Assembly (NCBI RefSeq): GCF_006345805.1
Contig: NC_043001.1
Span: forward strand, 122,884,001-122,948,000
Length of the DNA: 64,000 bases
Direction of reading: 5' to 3'
From: Octopus sinensis
Lineage: Eukaryota
The notes below the pieces were generated by a model. The model saw only the letters and a list, made by a program, of their open reading frames with translations, had not been told where the DNA came from and did no database searches. Positions 52,977-64,000 of the stretch are shown in pieces (the first letter of the stretch is position 1; each line of letters opens with the position of its first letter). Both the position numbers and the translations under genes were made by a program.

Positions 52977-53769
52977 ACTTTTCCATTATTAGACTGGTCT
53001 GATTTAAATGATGTACAAGTATAATATTTATGATTATACTTGTGATTGCTTTGGAATTAAGATTGAAAACATCGACCATGTTTGTAGAAAAAAAAATGGG
53101 GGTCTGTGTTTGCATCTGCTAAGCACTTATGAAGGTTGGCTACGTCTAGAACACCTATGTTCAAAGGGCTGATCAATAAGAGTGACCTACATTTATACGT
53201 AGGTTCCAATAAAAGAAATCTTAATTATCGACGGAGAATAGCCGTTCAATTTAAATTGAGGAATCCGTTAACTGTATTTTCATGAATCAAATAATTTAGT
53301 TTAACCCATGGTCAGTCTTATTTATGCAGACCTACGACCTATGAAGAATTACATTATCTAAGGTAGGAATGGTATTTGAGGGATATTTGGTATTTATTTC
53401 TAGCAGATCAAACAAGCAAATAGATTCGCTCATTGATACAAGTCAATAATTTCATTTGTTCGGTTTCATCTTGCACCTTTTACTTGCTTCAATCATTGGA
53501 CTGCAGCCATGCTGGAGCACTGCCTTGAAGGGTTTTTATTGAACAAAACATCCTCAGTACTTAAAAGTCAAGTACTTATTCTATAAACCTCTTTTGCTGG
53601 ACCGCTAAGCTACGAGGATGTAAACAAACTAACACTGGTTGTGAAGCGATCTAGGAAGTGGGCAAACACACACATACACACACACACACAGCATTTCTCC
53701 CATCTGATGAGAATTTCAAAATTTTCTACGGACTTCAGTCTTTCAAAATAGAAATCTAAAGCTAATGGT

Positions 53770-54105
53770 GGTATGGTATGGCGTTTGCTTCCCAGTCACG
53801 TGGTTTCTGATTTTGTCTTCTACAAGAACTGCGGGGTGACCAAAAGCCTTGTGAGAGACGGAACCTGAAAGAAGCTCGTCGTGTGTGTGGGTGTGGGTGG
53901 GCGTATACATATACACACAGAGCTTAATAATCGGTGTTGGGTTTTATCATGTTTCTGTAAACCAGCAACCAGCGGTTCGGCACGAGAAACCGATAGAATA
54001 ACTACCAAGTTTTTTAAAAAATAAGTACCAGGGTCGATTATGTTCGGCTAAAATCTTTCCAGGCAGTGTTCCAGCCTGGCCGCAGTCGGATGACTGAAAC
54101 AAAAG
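53770..54105 (+). mobile_element. SINE family C
   Basis: Degraded head and tail GCCGCAGTCGGATGACTGAAAC. Confidence 0.75.
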
Positions 54106-55516
54106 TTTTTTAAAAAAATCAAAAAAACATTTGAATACAAATTTATTTCTGTTCTCACAAACTACAATTCTTTGTTGTTAGGATGATTTGAGAAAGAATA
54201 GAAAGCCAGGAATACATATCTACATTATTTAAGGTGTCCTTGCTTTAATTTAAAACGATGTTTTGTGATTTGAAGGAGATTTGGCTATAGAATAATTGTT
54301 CAAGTCGACGTTGTGGGAGTCCTGTTATTATTCAATGTAGACACGAACTAATTAATGATAATAATCGACCTGATATTTTAGTTCGTGGGGTTAAAGATTA
54401 CGGGAAACGCTCAAGGTTACGTTCATATGGTTTATGACACCATTGTTATTTATAAGTTGGTGGTGTGGTGGGTCGGTGGTGGTGCCGAATCGGTTGTGGC
54501 AGACCTGTTACTATATCAAATTCGTTTGTGTTGTGGCCTTAAATGACACTGGGATCGATTTTGACTTTAGTTGGATATTTTAGCAGTTGAGTCATTATTA
54601 AAACATATAACCCTACCTGGCAAATTTCGGATTTTGTGTCAATCGTTTCGTATCGATACCAAATTGTATCATGCTTGTCCAATTTAGAGTAGAAAATAAC
54701 CTAGCTGGAAACCTTCCGTTTGCTTTTATCCTCCTGTTCAAAGGCGTTCCATATATGACATTTCTACCTTTTTTATTCACATATAGTGTATCTAGGATTG
54801 CTTTCTGTCATAACTGCGTTTCAGAAGAAATTCATAAAAATTTCGCTGCTATTTCTAGCAACTTGAGCGCCCTCATAGCAGCTAATATGCCTTTCATAAT
54901 AGGTCTACTCGATCAGGATTGACATTCAGCTAATAACCAGGGACACACCTGGAGTTCTTGTTCCTTTATATAAGTACAGCACCGACTTTTCGGATACTGA
55001 TGGTCCGGAACCTCTTATGATCTGCGCTGATTTACATTGATGTACAGGTACCAGTATTGTATTTAATTCCAATATTTGTTTACTTTAGTGTGCGTTGACC
55101 AAGGTAACCACACCTTGTTCGAGAAAAGAAAATCAGTAAATCGGAAAGGCCTTTACGCCAAATCTTCCAAGAAATCGATGCTTAGAGATGCGATAAGACA
55201 CAACAGGTGGGCACTAGAAAGAATATCAGGTGGTTGTTCTTTTGATTACGCGAAATTCACAACTTATAAAACTTGAAAATTTACATTAAGTCCTAGGTCA
55301 AAGTAAAGAATACGTACACCCGGTGTTTAGGGCTCGGTTAGGATTAGGGTTTTTGTTACACCGAAAACGGGTGGTATACATATTCTTTACCTCAGTCAAG
55401 TCCTAGGCTTCCACAGTTACTAAGGAATGCTTATTTTCTATTTACATTTTTAAAACAGTTTATATACATTCCATAGATTTAATTGTTACATTGTAGTTAT
55501 CTTAAAGCAAGCTTAA

Positions 55517-56085
55517 GGCGGCGAGCTGGCAGAATCGTTAGCACGCCGGACGAAATGCTTAGCGGTATTTCGTTCTGAGTTCAAATTCCGCCGAGGTCGA
55601 CTTTGCCTTTCATCCTTTCGGGGTCGATTAAATAAGTACCAGTTACGCACTAGGGTCGATATAATCGACTTAATCCGTTTGTCTGTTCTTGTTTGTCCTC
55701 TCTCTGTTTAGCCCCTTGTGGGTAGTAAAGAAATAGGTATTTCGTCTGCCGCTACGTTCTGAGTTCAAATTCCGCCGAGGTCGACTTTGCCTTTTATCCT
55801 TTCGGTGTCGATTAAATAAGTACCAGTTACGCACTAGGGTCGATATAATCGACTTAATCCGTTTGTCTGTTCTTGTTTGTCCTCTCTCTGTTTAGCCCCT
55901 TGTGGGTAGTAAAGAAATAGATATTTCTTCCGGCTTTACGTTCCGAGTTCAAATTCCGCTGAGGATGAATTTACCTTCCATTCTTTCGGGGTCGACAGAA
56001 TAAGTCCCCGTTGAATACTGTAGTTGATTTAATCGACTTACTACTCCTATCTTCAAAATTGCTGGATTTGTACCTTAATTAGAAT
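55517..56085 (+). mobile_element. SINE family A, young copy with tandemly duplicated about 184-bp body
   Basis: Head GGCGGCGAGCTGGCAGAATCGTTAGC, two near-identical bodies starting at 55572 and 55756, and a third diverged body. Confidence 0.9.
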
Positions 56086-56267
56086 TATTTAAAAGTACGT
56101 CTAGAAATAAAAACCATAACTGGATCAGGGCTGACCTTCATCTATACACCTGAAACTTTTTTTTCCTAGATGGTTGTATTAAGACATTTCTTGAAACTCA
56201 CAAAGCTCACTTCTTTAGGCTACCCGAAAATGTAACGCTCTGAATTACCTCCAGTAATCTTGTGTGT

Positions 56268-56298
<31 letters not shown>

Positions 56299-56396
56299 AG
56301 GTGGGAGCACTTTGGGCAAGTGTCTTCTACTATAGCCTCTGGCCGACCAAAGCCTTGTGAGTGGATTTGGTAGACGGAAACTGAAAGAAGCCCGCC

Positions 56397-56465
<69 letters not shown>

Positions 56466-56499
56466 ATATATGTATGTATATTATGTGTATGTATGTCAT

Positions 56500-57180
56500 T
56501 ATTCGGTTTCTTTCAAGATTTCTTGCTAATAAAGAACTGGTTTCTAACCTAGACCCAAGGCTCCTCCTAGGAATTTTATCATCAACAACAGGGTATTTTT
56601 GCATGTATGTAAGTGCAGATTTGTATGTTTTATGTATGCATTCTCATGTATAGAGTTACATATCTAGACATGCTCATATATATTTAAATGATAAAATTCT
56701 AGAAAGTTTTACAGATTTTTATAGTTCCGGTGATGGATTGGATCTATATTCTTCGAATTAGCTTTCTCCTTTCTAGTTTTGAGAAGCCTAATTTCTCAAG
56801 ATTGGTATTTAGGCAGTGTATTTCAACCCCAGGGCCCCATTAATTACAGGTATAAACCTGAACTTGTAATCTGGATAGAGTAACTGTAAATTTTTCAATA
56901 GTACAGCATAGGTGTTCTCTTTTTCACTGATCTTCAGCTTTATGTTAACATCCCAAGGGCAGCTAATTTCTACAACTGTGCACAGTTTCTCTTCTATATC
57001 TCAAATCATTATATCAAGTCTGTTGTGCTTACATTTTATTGAGGTCTTCACTGGTACATTACACCAGTATTCCTTTTTATTAAATGTGGCTATGGCTTCA
57101 ACCATATTGTGGGCCAGTTTTATTGAATACAAAGAGTTCTGAGGTCAAAAATTTCTGTAATCGACTGTAATATTCTTTAG
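56500..57180 (-). mobile_element. R4/Dong-type non-LTR retrotransposon 3' fragment (restriction-like endonuclease)
   Basis: Minus frame EYWCNVPVKTSIKCKHNRLDIMI*DIEEKLCTVVEISCPWDVNIKLKISEKENTYAVLLKNLQLLYPDYKFRFIPVINGALG shows the HNRPD...VEI..P.D.N...K..EK...Y pattern. Confidence 0.85.
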
Positions 57181-59149
57181 TGACACGTGCTTAGTTACAG
57201 GTTTAGGAAGGTTGTGGATTTTTTTTTTTTTCGTATCGAAGTACGATAAAATGAAAAAAGTTCTTTTTTATGTTTCACGGTAGGCGACCAGGGTTGCTGA
57301 GTGTGCTCATAAGAATACAAGAGCTAAGGAACGGAATAGATAAGATCTGGGCTACATATGTTCCGCTCGCTATGAAATATATGTAGCCCAGATCTTTATC
57401 TACTCCACTCCTTAACTCGTGTGTGTGTGTGTGTGTGTGTGTATATAATTACACAACAGTGTAATTTAACCACACACTTTAGCATTTAGTTGATGTGCGT
57501 GGCCTATTGGTTAGGGTGTTATACTTTAGATTGTTTGATCGTGTGTTCGAAACCTGGTAGCGTATTATGTCCTTGAGTGAGGCATTTCATTTCAGGTTAT
57601 TCCAGCACTCAGCTCAAAATTAAGTACCAGTGGCCCTTGGGTTTAACTCCGTTCAGTGGTGGTAAGCCATGTATTTTCAACTTCAATGGTTAGGCTCTAG
57701 CCTCATGGGTTTGTAGGCTCAAGGTAAACTTTAATATGAGCAAACATTTTCTGATTTTTTTTTTTTTTTTTTTGCAACTTACTTGGCAAAATCACTAGTT
57801 CCGGTGATGCGAAAATATCGCCCAATACACGCGGTGAGGTGGTTGACGTTAAGGACACCCGGCCGCAGAAACCATACCATAACAAACATTGAAGCTCAAT
57901 GAAATCTTGCAGCTCGCTGGATCCTGTCAAACCGTCCAACCCATGCCAGCATGGAAAACAGACGTTAAATGATGAGGAGGAGGAATACATAAGAAATGTA
58001 TTTCGTCACTGTTGTTGATACCCGAGAGAGCAAAATTGCTCAGTTTGCCTTGACCCAAAAGGGCTTCTTTATTCATTTTTTTAAAAACCGTTTTGAGTTC
58101 GAAAATGACTACCCTATCATATTCTGTGGGCTATATCTTTCATTGTACAACGATTTCTATAGTTGAAAAACAAAATTACAAGACGAACGAAAACTTCTTT
58201 TCTGTTTTTTCCCCAAAATTCACTGAAATACAGAAAATCTTTTCCCAGGCTTCTTGAGGCTGTTAAAGATATTTTACGCAAAATTTCTTTGCATTTGTCT
58301 TCTGGCAAAAAGGAATTCAAAATGTATTACTAAGTTACTGATAAGCTTGTAAGACATAAATCAGTTTGTCTATAACCACCAGAAATGTTTGTTTTACATT
58401 TTTGAGAATGGATGTGAATTGTCTTTAACGAGGATCTCAATAAAGTTAGAACTATGGTATCACCTATGCGCAAATCTAAAAATAGGTAAATTCCAAGTAT
58501 ATTTATGATGACAGCTATCATAATAAACAAATCCTTACAACTCTCTCTTTCTCTCTCTCAAAGAACCGAGGGAGCCTCTATGTATACCCACCACTTGCTA
58601 GAAATACTCGTCAAAATCCTTCATTTTCTATTTTAAAGGGAGGACACATTAAACATAATGCTTGATATGCGAAGGAAGAAAGGTCAAGCTGAAACAGCTT
58701 TGATCATAATACTCATTAAGGACTCTCCTAGGGCTAAATTATATCGTGTACTTGTTATGAAACTCTGTTCAACATATTGCAAAGAAACATTGTTAAAAAA
58801 TAAAAAGCAATAGTAACTCATAGCCTTTAACATCACAAACAGTGAGTGATACCGTTGATGTTTGGCAATAATGTATTCATGGTTAGTGATGGTGTCGAGT
58901 TCGCCAGAACAAAGTTGTAAGTATCGAAGGCGCGCAAATTGTTCTTGCTTTCACTGTGTTTCTTACTAATGGTTGCCAATCAATCTTCTCTTTTTGTGTG
59001 TCTTAACATGTTCGAGTATTTTCGCCGCTCTAGATATGCGAGAAGTATATCAACGTAATGCCGCATATTTAGCATTTATGGAAAAAAACTTGCAGCTGGT
59101 CAACAACTACTCAGAAATGGCAATGCTTCCTATCGCTGAAGAGAACAAA

Positions 59150-59563
59150 ACCTATTTCTTTACTGCCCACAAGGGGCTACACACAGAGCGGACAAAAAAG
59201 GACAGACAAACGGATTAAGTCGATTATATCGACCCCAGTGCCTAGCTGGTACTTATTTAATCGACCCCAAAAGGATAAAAGGCAAAGTTGACCTCGGCGG
59301 AATTTGAACTCAGAACGTAGCGGCAGGCAAAATACCTATTTCTTTACTACCCACAAGGGGCTAAACACAGAGGGGACAAACAAGGACAGACAAACCGATT
59401 AAGTTGAATATATCGACCCCAGTGCGTAACTGGTACTTAATTTATCGACCCCGAAAGGATGAAATGCAAAGTTGACCTCGGCGGAATTTGGACTCAGAAC
59501 GTAGCAGCAGACAAAATATTAAGCATTTCGACTCGGTGTGCTAACGATCCTGCCAGCTCGCCA
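59150..59563 (-). mobile_element. SINE family A tandem
   Basis: Two reverse-complement bodies and one head. Confidence 0.88.
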
Positions 59564-61194
59564 AGATTCTGAAGGCCCTCCTTGGTCAAAATCTAAATGT
59601 GTAAGGATGAAAGACGTCCTCTATAAAGGAAAACGAGTGGTCACAGATAGTAAGCATTTATGAATGTAAAAGATAGAAACAAACTCTAAAATGCTCCAAA
59701 CTTGATACCAAGCGGTTCAGAGATGTACTTGATATGTTCATGTGTAGCTCCAGGTCAACCTTGAAGATGAGGGCATATGATCAAAGACATTTCATGACCT
59801 TTCATCTCTTTTAGGGAATCGGGTAAAGGATAAAAAAGTAAAGACCCTCTTCGGTCATGAATGACCACGGCATTGCACCTAGAAAGTTACCCTCCGAAAT
59901 ACAAGTCCGGAAAATGTTGTTTATGGAAGACCAGCAGTTGCCCATGTATACCAATCTTCCCTCTCCACACTACCGATGTTATCCAAGGCAAATTCAAAGG
60001 CACCAGTAATGTGGCAACTCATTTTTACAGCTGGAGCAACAGGAAATAAGGTGTTTTGCTCAAGAACACAGCATACATCCCGGTCTGGGAATCGAACTAA
60101 TTACCTCATGATCGTGAGACCGACGCCTTAACCACTGAGCCATGCGCCATCACAGTATCAAAGACTACATTATTTAATACTCTTCTATTATTAAGAGATA
60201 AATAAGGTGTTATGTGATGAAGATTTCAATGCGGTTTCTTTCAGGTCGAAATTATTTAAGGGGCATTTCGACGTTTTGTACATGACGCTTGTTGCATGTG
60301 TGATAACATAGGCCAATATAAATTATCCTTTTCCTTGTTTCAGTCAATAGGCTGCTGCCATGCTGGGGCACTGCCTTGAAGGGTTTTAGTTGGACAGATC
60401 GACTCCAGTACAAATCTGGTATTTATTCTATCGTCCTTTTTGCTGAACCGCTTAGCTGGGGACATGCATCAACCAACACTGGTCGACAAACAGTGACGAG
60501 GGACAACTACATATACAGATATATATCGACACGGCGAGCTTTAACACAGTTCCTATCCACCAAAATATCTTACAAGACATTGGTCAGCTCAGGGCTATAG
60601 TAGAAAACACTTACCCCAAGGGATGCACAGTGAGATTGAACTTGAAAGCACGTTGTCGCAAAGCGCTTGCTTGAACCCTATATCAGCATAAATTAGGGAA
60701 TGGAAAGAATGATTTATCAACTGATGGATCGAACGGTCAGTACTCTCACTACATTTTTATTCAGTTCACATCAGCGAACCTTCTTAAAATTTGATAAAAC
60801 TGGATCCTTTATTCTACATTGTATGTGGCAAACGACAGCTCTCTACCTGAGTGGACGATAATGTTCTAAAACATGACTTAAGTCTATTCAAGCTCATGCT
60901 AAGCTAGACATGACTTGGGCCAACAATGGTCAAATCTTGACTCAACTTTTTGCCATATTCCCGTGGTATCCATGCATCATATGTGATACATTCTCTACTA
61001 TTTTCTATCGCCAGAGTAACTTGTGACATGAAAGAAAAGCTTTGCATTACTTAAACCGTACGAAACAAAGGCTAAAGTAAAACATGGACATTAAGATCAA
61101 ACTTATGAAAATACTTTGAACAGACTTAAGGTCAATTTATAGTTGTTATAGTCAACATTACTTTTCATCACTCAGTGATTAATAAAATAAAGAC

Positions 61195-61465
61195 CGGATA
61201 TATTTTCTGAGAGACCTGCATGGGGTGGATGCAGATGTCTTTAAAATAAAGCTGGACCTCTTCCTGTCAGGTGTCCCAGATGAACCAACTTCACGGCAGG
61301 AGGTGCAGATGAGGGCAGCTGCATCAAACTCTCTCATGCACCAAATGTCAATTGCTAAAAAGCATTCGTCGTGAAGTAAAATCATGTAGCAACACTGAAT
61401 GGCGGTGCCCCAGCATGGCCACAGCTCGTGAGCTGAAACTAGATGAAATGAAATGAATAAAAATA
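61195..61465 (+). mobile_element. CR1-like LINE extreme 3' end with (ATGAA)n-like tail
   Basis: FKIKLDLFLSGVPDEPTSRQEVQMRAAASNSL, then GGCGGTGCCCCAGCATGGCCACAGCTCGTGAGCTGAAACTAGATGAAATGAAATGAA. Confidence 0.78.
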
Positions 61466-62455
61466 ACAAAAATTCGGGTAAAGTCTGCTGAGATTTTGAA
61501 TGTTTGCTGGTATGTACTGGTCTAGACTTTACCCTGAAACTCAGAAGTTACTCAGATATTCACCGGGGACAATAGTAAAATCAACAGGAGCAAACCACAT
61601 AATAAAATAAATACTGCAATTGTAATAACTCCAGACACCAACTCTTCTCAAAACAAAAAAATAATCTTTTTTAGTCATGATGAATCTAGTAAAAATAAGA
61701 AAAAGAAAAAAAACCTTTTAACTCTCACACAGTACCAACCATTGCTGTGACCCGGTGCACAAACACACCATTGTTGTCGTTAAACCACAAACCAAATTCA
61801 ATAATACTGAATGCACAAGGTCTCTCACACTTCACAAACCGAACGAAAACATATCTCAGAGACCTTGCATGCAGGAAAGGCAATATATGTAGCAGCACTA
61901 AGTGAAACCCACCTGACCCCAGATATTGGATGCGGAAATGCATATGTCAGATTGTTTTACACGGAACTGATTGCAGGATACGAAAACAAAAGGTAGTAGC
62001 ACTCTCCATCCGTAAAAACCTAGCAATAAGTCTTCTCCTTTCCTCTCTTACTCCAACAAAGTGTGCGGTACATTAATAATACATGTGATTGGCCTCAGTT
62101 TGATCATAGGCATTATCTACCGCTCTCCTGATGCGGCTAACCACGGAGATCAATTCAGGGATGCTTTATCTATCGAGAGTTAAAACCCTAAAATGAGGCC
62201 AACCCACAAGCCAATGTACTTTTAACAGGTGACTTTAATTTCCTTATTGTCAGCTGGCCTCATGGCTTTATCCAGCCTGCAACTAAACATGAGAGATATA
62301 TGAACGGTCTCACTATCACTAAAGACTTCCTAGTGCAACGAGACATTGCTTCACCAACTAGGAGAAATAACATACTCGACCTAGCCTTTATCACCAATAC
62401 AGACTTCATTCATAATGTTCAGGTTATTCCAACAGCTATTTCTCACCATATTATA

Positions 62456-62712
62456 AAAAAAATAATAAATGCGACCTTTTAAAGCCTAGCCAGGCTCGGG
62501 GGCCCGATTTCCCGGTTTCAATGGCGTATGTGTTCCCCAGCTGGACGGGACGCCAGTCCATCGCAACGTTACTCATTTTTGCCAGCTGAGTGGACTGGAG
62601 CAACGTGAAATGAAGTGTTTTGCTCAAGAACACAACGCATCGCCCGGTCCAGGAATCGAAACCACAATCTTACGATCATGATGCTGACACCCTAACTACT
62701 TAGCCACGGGCT
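62456..62712 (-). mobile_element. SINE family B (tail type 1) inserted in the CR1
   Basis: 13-bp TSD with one mismatch, TCACCATATTATA (62443-62455) and TCACCACATTATA (62713-62725). Confidence 0.9.
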
Positions 62713-63035
62713 TCACCACATTATACAATTATCTATGTATGATTCAGAGGACAACACGCACAAACATGATTCACTCCTCATGAATTTGAATTACAGGAAA
62801 GTCACGTGGAATGAAATCGAAACTGAAATCTTTAAAAGCAAACTGGTTTCAGAATATTGGCAACTTCAATGGCAACGAGGGAATGAAGTTTTCCTACAAG
62901 GATCTAATTAAAATTTGTCGAAAGTATATCCCATACAAACTCACTTATTCCCGCAAGATTTTGATTCTACGAGATAGATGGATACTAATGTATAATAGAA
63001 CCAGACTAACAAACCAGCTAAAAATAAAAATCAAC

Positions 63036-63405
63036 GTAGCTTGCTTACCAACCACATAGTTCCGGGTTCAGTCCCACTGCGTGGCATCTTGGGCAAGTGT
63101 CTTCTGCTATAGCCTCGGGCCGACTAATGCCTTGTGAGTGGATTTGGTAGACGGAAACTGAAAGAAGGCTGTCGTATATATGTATGTATGTGTGTGTACA
63201 TGCTTGTGTGTCTATGTTTGTCCCCCTAGCATTGCTTGACAACCGATGCTGGTGTGTTTACGTCCCCGTCACTTAGCGGTTCGGCAAAAGAGACCGATAG
63301 AATAAGTACTGGGCTTACAAAGAATAAGTCCCGGGGTCAATTTCCTCGACTAAAGGCGGTTCTCCAGCATGGCCGCAGTCAAATGACTGAAACAAGTAAA
63401 AGAGA
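63036..63405 (+). mobile_element. SINE family C inserted in the CR1
   Basis: Near-consensus head, short internal repeat and tail GGCCGCAGTCAAATGACTGAAACAAGTAAAAG. Confidence 0.88.
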
Positions 63406-63896
63406 GAGTAAGAGAGATTTGATTGCGAAAAAAAATATTGGACTGGACTTAACGATATCTTATAAGAAAGAAACTTCGCTGAAGGAATACAGACCAGTGC
63501 AGAACAGTCACATTCCAAGTTCTTTTCCCACTCTGCTATACAAAAATCTTCTACAATTAACCAGACTGGCTCTCTAATGGATCATATACTAATGGTTCAT
63601 CACAAATATGCGTACTCTTTAGTCAAAATTACAACGATGCATTTTCCCAATCCATAGTCAACAAAATAATACGTAATCCAAATGAATTCTCGGATCCCTC
63701 AGAATTCAGCTGCAAAGACATGTCTAGAAATTAATGATGTTACGGAATATGATATGCTTGCAGCTATTAATGGCCTAAACTCAAATTCGGCATCTGGACC
63801 AAATGGTTTCCCAGGTATATTGTTATAAACGCGCTGCAAAAACAACCTCGCCAAACCATTAAAGATGCTATTTAAAGGGTCGTTACATAACAGCGC

Positions 63897-64000
63897 GTGA
63901 AGGCACGTGGCTTAGTGGTTAGAGGCATTCGACTCATGATCGTAAGGTCGTGAGTTCAATTCTCGGTGGCGCGTTGTGTCCTTGAGCAAGACACTTTATT
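63897..64000 (+). mobile_element. SINE family B head (runs off window)
   Basis: GAAGGCACGTGGCTTAGTGGTTAGAGGCATTCGACTC...GAGTTCAATTCTCGG. Confidence 0.85.

Larger units (their letters stand above)
61700..63895 (+). mobile_element. Degraded CR1-like LINE ORF2 (APE endonuclease to start of RT), interrupted by SINEs
   Basis: AALSETHLTPDI (about 61900), IIYRSPD, LLTGDFNF (about 62225), PTRRNNILDLAF...AISHH and MLAAINGLNSNSASGPNGFPGILL...LAKPLKMLF (about 63760-63880). Confidence 0.85.

Noticed and set aside
53696-53760. CTGATGA at 53704 as another hammerhead
   Set aside because: No stem II closed by GAAA and no stem I partner.
55089-55206. Plus-strand AG...GT phase-1 segment (CVDQGNHTLFEKRK...) as GST exon 2
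   Set aside because: The phase is compatible but there is no resemblance to the GST PxGQxPxL motif.
59034-59150. Plus-strand open frame MREVYQRNAAYLAFMEKN... as GST exon 2
   Set aside because: No GST similarity and no donor before it runs into a SINE.

Overview
This is AT-rich, repeat-dominated eukaryotic genomic DNA, very probably octopus. That assignment is inferred from the tRNA-derived SINE families, the extreme (TA)n/(CA)n load and a cephalopod-type sigma GST. Only one host coding exon is supported: the first coding exon of a sigma-class glutathione S-transferase/S-crystallin-family gene (30038-30173, + strand, phase-1 GT donor). I found no exon 2, so intron 1 appears to exceed 33.8 kb. 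The rest is three abundant SINE families, relics of six retroelement groups (CR1, RTE, L1/Tx1, CRE, R4/Dong, Penelope-like), DNA transposon relics (pogo, mariner, DD37D-like), MITEs, a non-autonomous Helitron, a 167-bp satellite and many microsatellites. Nearly all ORFs in the supplied track are microsatellite or repeat artefacts. The most interesting signals are: a minimal Penelope-type hammerhead ribozyme fold at 17244-17289 plus a second degenerate one at 17546-17623; a 3' stem-loop shared, with compensatory changes, between a SINE family and a CR1 LINE; a 167-bp satellite inside a Helitron/Helentron-like frame; and an unclassified 1-kb element with 120-bp inverted repeats. No prokaryotic-type system (CRISPR, operon, rRNA) is present. 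All family assignments are from motif recognition, not database searches, and many relic boundaries are approximate.
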